From: the human T2T-CHM13v2.0 reference genome, Homo sapiens | Reading direction: 5' to 3' (one strand) | Assembly: GCF_009914755.1 (NCBI RefSeq) | Contig: NC_060942.1 | Length of the DNA stretch: 64,000 bases | Part shown: positions 42,360-54,410 of the stretch, in pieces | How the letters are laid out: the number at the start of each line of letters is the position of its first letter | Position numbering within the stretch: position 1 is the first letter of the stretch | Made by a program: the position numbers and the translations under genes | The notes under the pieces: generated by a model | What the model was told of the DNA's origin: nothing | What the model saw: only the letters and a program-made list of their open reading frames with translations | The model's database searches: none

Positions 42360-45300
42360 GGCAAAAAATGTTTTCTGATAACATAATTAAATACCCAGAA
42401 GATCCAAGAAACACTAGTAAAAATGACTAATATTTATGTGACAATTTGGTAAGATGACTGAATACAATAGACATACAAAAGTCAATAAACTTGCTGTGTG
42501 TGCGTGTGCACATGTGTTAATAAATCTCCTATATATTCCCAATAGCAGTACCCTACACAGTGAAATGGGAAGTATTCACAATAGCAGTAAAAATTACACA
42601 GTAATTAGGAGTAAATTTAACAAGAAAGATATATCATGTAAAGAATAACAGAATCTGGACAAATGTGAAGACATCTGCTGACTCCGTTTCTTGCTGGGGG
42701 GAACTGCATAGCCACATTAGAAAGGGTGGAGGATTGGGACCACTTTGGAATCCACCTACCACACAGGGATTATCAGCTTTGAAGGCCCCATGACCAAGCA
42801 TGGCTGTGTTACCAGCATCTAATGCCTCAGTTTGGTGTTGAGGTATTATTTGCAGTGGAATAAAAGTGAAATGTATTGTACATATCATGGTCAAGGTTTC
42901 ATAGAGTAAAACCACTTGAGAGTCGAATGTGTAGGGATGCTCACACACATCAAATGGTAAGAGAAGTAACACAGGTCATTTTTGGGGTTCTAGCATTTTA
43001 AATGAGCACAGAGGCATTTTTCTAGTTAATTACATAACAGAGAGCAAAGACACTGGAAGCTGGAGCTGCCCTCTATGGTGTGGCTTGTTAGGCCATGACA
43101 GTTTGCACGTCCTTAGGTGCTGTTATAGCTTCAGCATCATCGCCTTTCCGACATTCTGAATGACTGACACACAAGTAAGAAAGCATTGTCTTCCAGCCCC
43201 ACTGTGAATGGGGAAAGAGCCCCGGGGCTGGGAGACCTGGGGCAGGCAGGGCCTGTTGGTGAGCCTGCATCCTTCATGCACCTCCTGCCCTGGAGGCTCA
43301 GGCCACTGCTGTCACTGGCAAATAATAATGGGACATGAACTCACCTCTTATTAGGTCTCCAACTGATCCCTTGACAAGCCATCCAGAATGTGCACCCAGA
43401 TGCTTTTATGAGAAAACTCATTAGGTTGCTCTGTACAAAGAAGCATATGCTGAAAGTTGATGAAACTTCTGCGGTCCCTAATAACCAGTCTTCCTGCCGT
43501 TGTTACTAAATGTCGCCAGTTGTCTTTCATTTTTTTCCGGTGGCACTACTGCTTAATTGAAACCCATCAATCAGTTCTATCAACTTGTCAGAATGTGTGG
43601 AGCTGGGACTGTGCTCAGCACCAGGCTTAGCGTCTTTGAGATGACAGAAAAGGTATGTGACACAGTCACTACCTTCAAAGAATCGAAAGTCTGTTTGGGA
43701 ACAGTGAAGTGAACACTCAGGGCATAGTTATGAGAGAAATCAGGCTGTGCAGGGCTGAGCTCAAGAGAGCAGGGGCTCTGGAAAGGAGAGATCCATGTGG
43801 GCTGGAGGAAGAGGCGAGGTGAGCCCAGCCTGAGATGACCAGTGGGGTTTAGATATGTGGAAGAGAGAAGGGAGGGCATTCCCGGGGCGGGTCATGGTGC
43901 GGGGAAATATAAGAAGGTGGGATTCAGGTTGGTGTAAGCTGGGGACAGTGAGGGTCTCAGGCCATCAGGGGGTGGGCTTTGGAGCACGTGGGGGACAGGG
44001 AGGAGCTGGTGGCGAGCTGTGTGCAGTGCCACGGGACCTCCTGATGTGTGGCACGCAAAGCCCCATTGTTCTCATCCACGTTCAAACCTGTTGTTGGGCG
44101 GGCGTGCCATGAGCTGGGAGGAGCGGGAGCCGAGGATGCTAAGGGCACTCTGTGGAGCAATTCTCGCTGCAGGGCTGGTCAGGGAGCGTCTGGATGGTTT
44201 GGGGCAACTTCCTGAATCTCTCTCCCTTGGTTTTTCTCATTTATAAAATGGGAGTAATGACAGGTTGCTGGGAGTGTAAGTATTTAACACATGGACTGAA
44301 ATGTGTGTGCAATATATATGCATATCTAATATATATGATTATATTATTTAATGATTTGTAAGTATATATTTATGATGCACAATTTATAATAATTTATAAG
44401 TATATATTTCTATTGCATAATTTATAATATAATTTATATTCATAAAATTATATTTGTATATTATATAGAAGTAGATATATCATTATTTATGAAAATTATA
44501 ATGCACATTTTAATGACCCCCAAACTCATGGGCTTGTCCCTGGTTCCTTTTATTTATGAAACCTCTACTTGGAAATTAAAAAATGGGTAAGGATTTATCT
44601 CCAGGTAGAAAAGAAAAAATAAATCATACTGTGTAGTGTGCTGCAGATTTTAGTGCCTGTAAATTATCTTTGTTTTACCTTTATTTCACGGACAAGGCTG
44701 CTGAGGCACGTGGAAGTGAGTGGGCTCCCCTAGCCCCGACCCAGTCAAGACCAAACCAGGTCCCAGCATATCTCTGTGCTCCAAGGTACCATGAAGCTTG
44801 GGGGCCAGCAGAATTTGAAACAGACTCTTTTCCTCATAATCTCAGGCCATGACCACATACTTTTGGCTTCGTTTCTTTGGCAAGAGTCGTTTTGTGAGCT
44901 GGTTCCTAGATAATGAGGACCTGTGAGGAGTCCCGGCCCGCCGACAGCCTCAGCACAGGGTCACTGCCACGTGGGACCCAGGCCAGAGACATCCTGCCTC
45001 CTAGGAATGGATTCCAGGGGCCCTGGTCACTGACCAGCACACCTGTGGGTGAGACACAAACCCCCTCCTCCCACACGGAGCCAGCACTGTCTTTGCATTG
45101 TATATTTTGTATAAAAAGAGCTCCAATGTGGGAGCATTTCCTTTTTTTGTCTAAAATTGTCCAGATTGTTAACACCATCATTATCTGGACCCAGTTAATT
45201 ACATTCAAACTTGCTTTTGTCCTAAGCGAGAGTTATTTCTGCGACTTCTTACACACAGTTTCCTAAACACAGCGAAGAAAACACTAGCCTGGATTTCATC

Positions 45301-46440
45301 TTCAGCTCCTCATCTTTACAAAGAAGGTACCAGCTGTTTGTGAACCCGCAGGGCATTAAACGCGCAGGAGCCTTGGACGGGAGCATGGAGAGAGAAATCC
45401 ACAGGTTCCACCCAGGCTTTCTGAGCAAACAAAACCAGGGAAGGCAAACACAGGCCTTTTGTTCTGACCCCATGGTTCTAGCCAAGCGCTGCTTCGCTAA
45501 GGTTGACCTCACAGAGCTGAAGAGTGTGGCGTGAATTGCCAAGTTGACTGGGGCCATCCTGTGTGCCAGGGGACTTGGCCCTCCTCCCATGGCCAGTTTG
45601 CCTCTCACCTTCACACCCTGCCTCGCGGCCCAGGGGCCTCGGCGCAGGTGGGGTGAGGGAGACATCAGCAGGCTCCATCTCCCAGCAACAGGGTCGCTTT
45701 GACGGGTGCAGTTTCTGAGCCCGCTCAGCCAAGATCAGTAATAGCTTCCTCCTTCTCCTCCCCCACACAGACCTAGATATGTTTTCTTCTACATGTAAGT
45801 TATTGAAAATAGTCAAAGGCTCATCAAGACTTTGAAGAAATTCTTTCTTATGAACTCTTGTCCTTTTAATTAGCAGGAAGTAAATTCATGTAAAACAGTT
45901 TTGCGATCGCACAAGCAGATAGGAGGCGATCAGAAAATGTACTTATCCTCATCTCCCAGCTTGACTTTCGTATTGCGGGGAAGTCCTTCATCCTTCTATC
46001 AACACTTTCTTTATTCCTGCCTCAAATCCCGGCTGCTTATTTAATCTGATGAAAGTCTTCTTTGCCTGTGTCTGCTCTAACCCCAGATATGTGCAATCAT
46101 ATAAAATGGATTCATGTGTGGCTCTCTTGCTGCTGTGCCTAAGCCTGACATTCTGGGTCACATGCACTGGAGATGCAGGACAGGCTTCTAAACCACGTGA
46201 ACAGAGAGTGCGGACACACGGCTTGCCTTTATCTCCGTCCCAGGGTTCACAAGATCAATCACAATATTGTTCCCGCTGACCCTGGGAGGAAAAGTCATGA
46301 AACCCAACCCATGCCCCGTCCTCCCAGGGAGTTCGGGAAGAAAATTGCAGTCAAAGATTGAAGGAACAAGGACTGGAAGGGGAATTGTCCCTGGAAACCA
46401 ATCTGCAGGCGGCTTCCTTTTCTCCTGAAACATGCCTTTT

Positions 46441-46539
46441 TTACTTTTGAGTCGCGGTCTCACTCTGTCAGCAGGGCTGGGACGCAGTGGCATCCCAAAT
46501 TGCTTGGATTACAGTTGTGAGCCACTGGCTCCCAGGTCC
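46441..46539 (-). mobile_element. Internally deleted mini-Alu (3' end fused to 5' end)
   Basis: TTTTGAGTCGCGGTCTCACTCTGTC...GCAGTGGCA joined directly to TCCCAAATTGCTTGGATTACAG.TGTGAGCCAC. Confidence 0.7.
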
Positions 46540-46553
46540 AAAACATGCCTTTT

Positions 46554-46873
46554 ATTTTTATTATTATTTATTATTATATTTATTTATTTTTGGAGACAGG
46601 GTCTTGCTCTGTCGCCCAGGCTAGAGTGCAATGGCATTATCATAGCTCACTGCAGCCTTGAACTCCTGGGCTCAAGCAATCCTGTTGCTTCAGCCTCCTG
46701 AGTAGCTGGGACCACAGGCACATGCCACCACACCCAGCTAATTTTTTAATTTTTTGTAGGGACAAGTTCTCTCTATCTTGCCCAGGCTGGTTTTGAACTC
46801 TTAGGCTCAAGTGATTTTCACATCTTGGCCTCCCAAAGTGCTGGGGTTACAGGCATGAGCCATATGCCCTGCC
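46554..46873 (-). mobile_element. AluJ with (TTA)n-type tail
   Basis: GAGACAGGGTCTTGCTCTGTCGCCCAGG...CTCCTGGGCTCAAGC; flanked by AA.CATGCCTTTTA. Confidence 0.9.
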
Positions 46874-47294
46874 TGAAGCATGCCTTTTACATGGGAGTTT
46901 GTGATTTTGTAATACACTGAAATAGTTTACAGGCCTCTTAAAGCTGGTGCTGTTGTGAGGTGGGTCTGAGGGGAGCGAGGGGAGAGCTTCAGTTTGTCCC
47001 CTGGAAAGAGTGACACAGAACCCACCTGAACTCCAGGGGCAAAGGGGGCGGCTGGGGCTCCTCCCTGGGGAGGCCAAGCACTGTGGGCTTGGCGGGGAGC
47101 CCGGAATTTAGGTTTCCTGTATTGTCTTTAGAACAAGCTTCCCCAATTTGGTTTAGAAAGTTGCCTTTCTACACTGGAAGAGTTTCCAGCAGTCTCTTCC
47201 CAAGTGTCCAGGGCACGCCTGTTACCTCAGCTTTTCCATCAGAAGTGTTGGAGGGTCCCGAGTTGTCTGCACAGTTTAAAGGAGAACTTGCAGG

Positions 47295-47470
47295 AAATAA
47301 TATTTATTTAGCATTTACTAAGTGCCAGGCACGATTCTAAACACTTCCTATAGATAGTAACCCATTGAATCTGCATGACAACCCTGTGGGGTAGGTATTC
47401 TGTTTTATCCAAATTTTACAAATGGGGAAACTGAGGCACAGGGAGGTTATGTAATTTGCTTACAGACGCA
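47295..47470. mobile_element. MIR
   Basis: ATTTATTTAGCATTTACT...GTGCCAGGCAC...ATTTTACAAATGGGGAAACTGAGGCACAG. Confidence 0.8.
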
Positions 47471-48859
47471 AGCATGAGATGAGACATTGGCCATTATAGA
47501 TCTTTTCATGGTGACGTTTTGAGCCAAGCTGCCAATAAGTCAACTGTGTCTGGCCCCCTAAGTTCCTGCAGCTGCTCCTCCCTGTCTGGGGTGGTTGTGT
47601 TTCCTTTTATATTGTCCATTTCAGGACTCCTTTCAGTCAGCTGTTTAATTTCACCTCAGGTGGTCTCTTTTTCTTCAAAATGGAATTGGTTCTAGGGTAA
47701 TGCGTGGAGGAGTCCTTGCCACCGTGGAGGGGCTGCCCTGCAGGGGCACTCGGCCTATCTGAACAGAAGTTTATTCATTCTTCCTCGGAGGCGGCACGCG
47801 GGCCTTCCTGAAGTGCTCATTCATCTCCAGGGAAGGTGGGTGAGAAGGGCACGGTCAGACCAGCCTCATTTTATGTCTTCTCAGTTTGTAGGCTGTGCAT
47901 CCCTCAAACATCCTGAGATCCTAGGAAGTCATGTAGCCAATCAGCCTGTTGTCACTCAGTTTCTTCAAATACGGAATACCATCAGGCTCATGGGTTGGGA
48001 GAAATATATGTCCAAAGCCCCAATAAGCACTTTAAAAAAGCAAGAGCTCCTGAGTGCCTTCCTGCAGGATGGACCCTGGAGGTGCTGAAGGGTAAGCTGA
48101 GGCTGATGGCTGGGGAGTGTTTGGGGTGGTGTTGGTGGGGGTCAGCCTGGGGGCGCTGCCTTCCCCACCAGCCATTGTCTGTCCAGGGCTGCCCTGAACA
48201 GGCATGCTTCCTGGTAGGAGCTCCACAAATACACAGAACTGCAGAACAAATGATTCAAATAATGAAATCTATCAAGTTTGTACGTGAGTTTAACCAGCGC
48301 CCAGACCGGGGCGGCCTCCCAGTTGCACTCCCTGAGTGCCCGTCTGCCCCCTGGATAGTGTCTTACCTTCCTCACCGCCTAGTCCCTGGCTTCCCAGAGG
48401 ATGGGAGGACAGCTCCTTCACTGGAAGGTATGCCTTCCTTTAAGTGATGTAGATATTTCTAGACTCTTCTCAGATCTTTGGTTCTCCCTGCTCCCTTCTC
48501 ACACACACAGGGAAAGCAGAACCTACTGGGGGGAACTCGGAACTTTCAGGGCCAGCATTCACGTGTCTAGCCTGCCTTCCTTCCTCCCCAGCCTCTTCCT
48601 CATCCCAGGTTCCTGGCGATCCCGGCCGCTCCCCTCTCGCCTCCACAGAGACTGCTCTGAGTCTACTTCTTCTCCGCCTATGTCTCTCCGCCCTTTCTAT
48701 GCGCTCCTTCCCATCCGCATTCAAACGTTCTCAGGTGTCTTTCATAGGTTCAAAAAGAGAATTCCCCTGACCTGTGTTTCCACATCGCCTCTCCTCTTTA
48801 TGGCCACCACGTGGCGTTTTGTCCCCTCCTCCTCTCCTCTCCCTTATTCACAGATTCTG

Positions 48860-49720
48860 TTACCCCCAACACAGCTCTCAGCAAGGCCACTGAGGACCTC
48901 CTTGTGGCTCTGGGACCAATGACTCCTAGCGGCACGTGACGCTGCTGACCTTGTTCTGGAAACATTTTCTCAGCCTTGATGCTGCTGTGGATCCTTTTCT
49001 GGTTTCTCCTCCCACTGGAGGTGCCTCTGCATCACCTTTGCCAGGCTTCTTCGGCTCTGCCGGAGCTTCTTTGGTCCCGGCTTCTCTTCCCTTCTCAGCC
49101 TCTCTGCCCCGTGATCGGTGGGATCTCTTCCCAGGGCTTGGAACCCCGCTATGTCCTCTGACAACTCAGGTCTAAGTGTCCTGCCGGTTGTCTCCCTGAG
49201 CGCCGCACACCTGCGGCTCCCCCTGGATGTGCGTGGATGCCTCAGACTCAGCAGGTCCACAGTGGGGCTCCAGCTTCTCACACCTATGCTCCTTTCTGTT
49301 TCTGTCTGAGGTGAACGGGACCATTCTCTACCCAGTGGCCCTATCCAGAACTTGGAGGGTCTCCCTTGACTTTCCCAGATTTCTTACCCCGCATTTTGAC
49401 ACCATCCAATGAATCATGAAGTCCTGTGAATTCTCCCAAATGCATCCTGTCTGTCCCCGTATCCCTTCCCCACTGAGATCCCCACATCCAGGCCACTGCC
49501 AGTTCTCATCCAGTCGCCACACCTGTTCCTAGGTCTTTCTGTCTTGAAATTACTATTTTTTTTCAATCCATTATCCAGACTAAAGCTGGAGCGATCTTTT
49601 CAAAATGCACATATAAGTCACCTCCTGATCAAGATTTCCAATAGATTCTATGTATTTGGGATGAAGTCTGAACTTCTTAACTTAGGTGAATCTTCATGTC
49701 CTGGACCCTACCTCCTTCTA
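48860..49720 (+). mobile_element. L2 fragments
   Basis: AAGGCCACTGAGGACCTCCTTG; AGAACTTGGAGGGTCTCCCTTGACT; AATCATGAAGTCCTGT; GCGATCTTTTCAAAATGCA. Confidence 0.55.
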
Positions 49721-52700
49721 CTCCCATCTCCTGTCCTGCTCATCTGTGGCAGGTTTTTACCTTCCTCAAAAAATAAAATGTGGGGCCATCTAAGTCTCCT
49801 CTGTGTGACTTGGCTAGCCACACACACAACGACCGCCCTAGTCGCTGGGGTTTTTGAGCTGAGTTTTTGGCAGCTCCCAGTGGTAGTCTGGGAATGTCAC
49901 CATCCTCTTGGAAAGTCCGTGGTGAGTTCTTTACAGCTGGCAGGACCTCTGAGGTGTCACCCTGAGGCTTAGCAGTCTTCTCATCATCTTCACTCCCTAA
50001 CTAAGAAAGAGGGAGTGGAAGAGGGTGGTGAATCCTTCAATATTTAAAAGCACCAAACACAACAAAATTTATGTGGACCTCGTCATTATTACTATTCTGA
50101 CTTAATGAACTTTATCCTCTCCTTTTTTGGCTGGAAAAACATAAAAGTCCCAATGAAAGGAAACAGATGTAGTTGCTTTGAGCATTTCCAAAGGAAACTG
50201 CAGTAAAATGTGAACCATCGCCCTGTGAAAGCCTGTTGTGTAATGGAGATGTCCTGATACTGTTTCCATCTGCCAGCTCTGTGTAAGCGGAGGGGGTGTC
50301 TCTGGCCAGCAGAGCCCCCACATCAGAGTCACAACAACAGCAAAGTCGTGGAAATGTTTGGGAAAAAAGCTCAAACCACACTTCTAACCATGCTCGGTTT
50401 TTCTTGTAACCGAAAGCCATGCAAAAGAAGGGAGGCCAAAGGAGGACCTGTGGGCTGGCAATTTAGAATGATGTTTGAACAGAGGAAGAGAAGTGAGGAT
50501 GACTGGGAAGAACAGTCTTTGATGATCAATTCGTAAGCCCCAGTGAGCAGGCACAAACTCAGGTTCACCCAATGGGGAATGGAAACCAGTGTTGCCAGCG
50601 CTCGGGGAAGGCTGCAGCTTGGTTCGCCTTAGTGAAAGCTGTGGATGGCTCATGGTCCCAAGCTTCCTATTTTTCTTACTGTGCTCAGGGTGTCTGATTC
50701 CTGGCCAGTGTCTTGGATGTCCTGGGTCAGCCCACGTACGCCAGTGCATGTTGGAAGGGGAGAGTTGATTCCCTCTCCCAAGCCAGGAGGTCCGTCGGCA
50801 TGGGCTCTTTCATAAGCATGCTTTCCTACAGAAGGTCTGAATGGTCACAGTCCAGTCTATAGTTTAAAAGAAGTGCAGGCCTTCTATTTGCGCCTGTCTT
50901 CCTCACGTGCCTTCCCCCGTTTCCTTCTCACTTCCTACCATGGCGGTGTAGAGACTCTCAAAATCAAGAGGGAAAAGAAGGAAGCTCAGTACTTCTTGCG
51001 GCGAGAGAAGCCAGTGCCGGTGCGGACACTCTTGGCTGGTGGAATCTGTGGTGGGGGTGGGGGGTGCCCTCACTGGCAGGGAGCTTACAGATGCATTGGG
51101 TGGTGTGAGGAGATCACAGATGTACTTGGCCTCTGTCTGTGAGCCCCCACCGTGTGTGCCGTGGCCCCTACACTTATCCCGCCCCCCCGTTGTGCTCCAC
51201 AGAGCTGGAAAAAAGAATGGTCCCGTTATCATTGTCACCCAAGCAGTCGCTTCAACAGATGCCTTTGTTCTTCCAGGCTGCCCAGATACCAAAAGGCTGG
51301 AATTAATAATTGACTAAAATTAATAGGGCAGTGCTTGTCTAAATGAAATGTGGTCTGGGCTGCATTTCAACTTGACAGTTCTCGTTCTCCTGTTGGATTT
51401 TGTTGTTGTTGTTGGTTCTGGGGCAACTTTACAAGGATGTGGGTGAGTGTGCCTCAGTTTGATTTGTGGCTCAGCTGTCTACTTTTAAATTAAAATACCT
51501 GGCAAACAAAAGGCCCAGCTCTTGGGTTCAGAAAACGAACTGCAGACGTCTGAGGTGTGGCCCTGAGATTTAGCGGGAGCAGGAGTAAAACGGGTTAAAG
51601 TTTGGTTGAGAATAAAGTTAATATTCAGCACTGGTGTATTGTGGCTGCCAAGAATACGAGCTGTGGCCGTGTTAATAAAAGTGCAGTGTTTAGAGGGAGT
51701 GAGTGATCGTCTTGCTCTGGCTCTGTGGGACCACCCGTGGAGCTTGGCTGGGCTCTGTGAGGGGCACCTCTATTTAAAGGGAGCATGAGCAGATGGGGGG
51801 CTCTGACAGGAGAGCAGTGGGACCTTGTGGGCACCCGGGACCATGCTCGAGACACAGGGGAAGCAGGGGAGGGCATGGATGTCTTGGTTAAGAGAGTTGA
51901 AAGGCTACAGATACGAGAAAGGGGCACTGGACTGCTGTGCACATGAACGGTCCCAGCTCTGCAAGGGGGAAGCAGTGAGCGCCCCGGGAAGGGGATGCTG
52001 CATAACCACCCTGTGTGTACACGTCAGAAAGAAGCTTGAAACACGTGACCGTAGTCTTGTCCAGCCATGAGATTTTATCATTTTCAGATGGATGCATTTT
52101 CCTTCTTTTCAACAGGTTTAAGTAAAATTTATTAAGGTCAGTCTCCCGGGTGAATACTGAGGGCCCCTTGAATCAGCTCAGTGGGATTTCAACTCTGTCT
52201 GCACCTCAGATACTCCCCGGTTTGACTCTCAACACACCCTTGATATCTCTCAGTGAGCCTGACTGCATGGCACGAGGCCTGACTGCCAAGGTATCTCGTT
52301 CACTAGGAGTCTGAAAGAGTCAGTGCCTCTTCAACATGGCCAATTCATTCCTGAGGAGGACTTTACTTGCTAGGAGCAAATGATTAACTATTCATAACAT
52401 TTGTTGAGCATCAAAAAATTGGGAATGAGCAAGTAGCCCGGAATTTGATACATTTCACTTCTTTGACTTTGCCATCTGAAGCCAGAGACAGGAAGTCATC
52501 TGAGCTGACGGGCATTTTGGGTGAGTGGTGTGCCAGTACCTCCTTCCAGGCCAGCACTGTGCAGAGAATCCCAGCAGCCTCCAAGACATCTAACAAACAG
52601 ATAGAACTGAAAACCCAGTCATTGCAAGCTTCTGGTTTGGGTCCAGAACGTAGGCCATCTCAACCCTGAGGGCAAAGCCTTCTTCAGTGTCTCGCCAGAG

Positions 52701-54249
52701 AAACTAAGGGCCAGTCTTTGGTTGCCCTGGCAAGGACCAGGTCATCTAATTTAGGGGCATCTCTGAAAGCCATGCAAATGCTTTGTAAAGGCTACAGCAA
52801 AGGAAAAGGACAGGAGGAAAGTCACCTTGAGAATAATCATTTACCTTCCTTTCATCTTTTAAAAGAGAGGTAGGCAGAATTGCATGGAAGGAGGAAATCT
52901 AAGAACAGATAACTGTTCTTCACATTGACCCATTGCTTACTAATTTTAAAGGCACAGGAATAACCTCCTAGGGTGCACAACCAGGTCCCACTTGACCATG
53001 TAAAGGGCAGTGGGTATCGGCAGTTGCCTAGGGGATACCCAGCCCTGCTTCTGCCACATGAAAGCAACACCCACCACGTGCTTATTAGCTGCCTTTCTTG
53101 ATTATGCACAACACCAATGGGACAAGCAGAGACTTCCAGAAAGGGTCTGCTGATGTCATGTGGCTGATGTCATTGGTGAAGCTGCAATGCATGGATCCTG
53201 TCCATTTAGAGACTCTTGCCATGGAGTCACACTCCATGCTGACTTGTCAAGCAAGACTTTCCAGCTGGGTCATAGCCCTGTGCCTGGCCAGCCAGGGAGT
53301 GGGCCCACAGAAATGGGAATGCAGGCTCAGAGGGACATCCTACTACCTCCCTGCAACATGAAAACAAAGCAAAGTGGGCTGCTGGCCTCATGCATGCATG
53401 CATGCACAGTGTGTGTGCGTCCACATGTGCATGCACGTGTGTGTTGGGGTGGATTGTATAAAGCAGGGAGAGGGAATATGGGAGAGATAAATGATGAAAA
53501 AAATGAGCGAAAAATTGAACCAGATTTATTCTGACAACGTTTAGGCCTGTGACTCTAATATTATAAATCACTTTCTTACAGAGGAATTTACTTCCTGAGC
53601 TTTACACAACTTTATAAGCCTGGCATGTGTATGAGAACAGAACCTAGAAATTGGAGATGGGAAAATGATGGTTTGTATAAATGTGGTTTGAAACCACAAC
53701 TGGTGATTTTGTCAATGCAGGGGCTTCATCCGCCTGGGGCCCAGCACTGCAGGAAGTTGGTACAGCTTAGGAGTTTACTTCCAATACTTCCAAGATAAAA
53801 TTTTAAAGAGCAGAATTAAAAAATGTTTTGTGGTGGCCACATGGCCTTCAACTCTGGGCTAAAAAGAAATTAAAGGGAATTTATAATCTGGGGATGAGGG
53901 CAGTATTGGGCTGTCAATAGAAGGTACTCGTTCAGGTAATCCTTATCCAGAGATGGGATGTCCACATGAACAGTACAGATCCAAACTCTCTTTCTCTGAT
54001 CCTGTCTTCAATGATATCCATGGCTCTAACATGTTAGTGGGCACACATGGCTCAGAAATTGCGGCTGATTTAATGAATGAAGGACTGAATACAGAAGAAA
54101 ATCTGGGAACAACTTCTAAAACAACTTCTATTTTTCTGGTCCCAAGAAAAAACTCAGCATGGGTATAACCTACCCCAGTACCTCTAATTGTCCAGTTCTT
54201 AACTTCTTTCCTTATCTGTCTTTCTCCTTGGCCCATCTCTTCCCAAAGA

Positions 54250-54410
54250 CACACACATATGTGCATGTGCACATGCACACACACACACGCATGTACACAC
54301 ACACTCACATGAATGCACACATAAACTCACATGCACACACACATACACACATGCATGCACACACAAACTCACATGCATGCATGGGTGCACACACACTCAC
54401 ATGCACGTCA
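54250..54410. repeat. Degenerate (CA)/(CATG) low-complexity repeat
   Basis: CACACATGCATGCACAC-type array. Confidence 0.85.

Noticed and set aside
48401-48922. 173-aa ORF and others at 47.8-51.3 kb
   Set aside because: GC-rich, partly L2-derived DNA; no coherent exon structure or homology recognised
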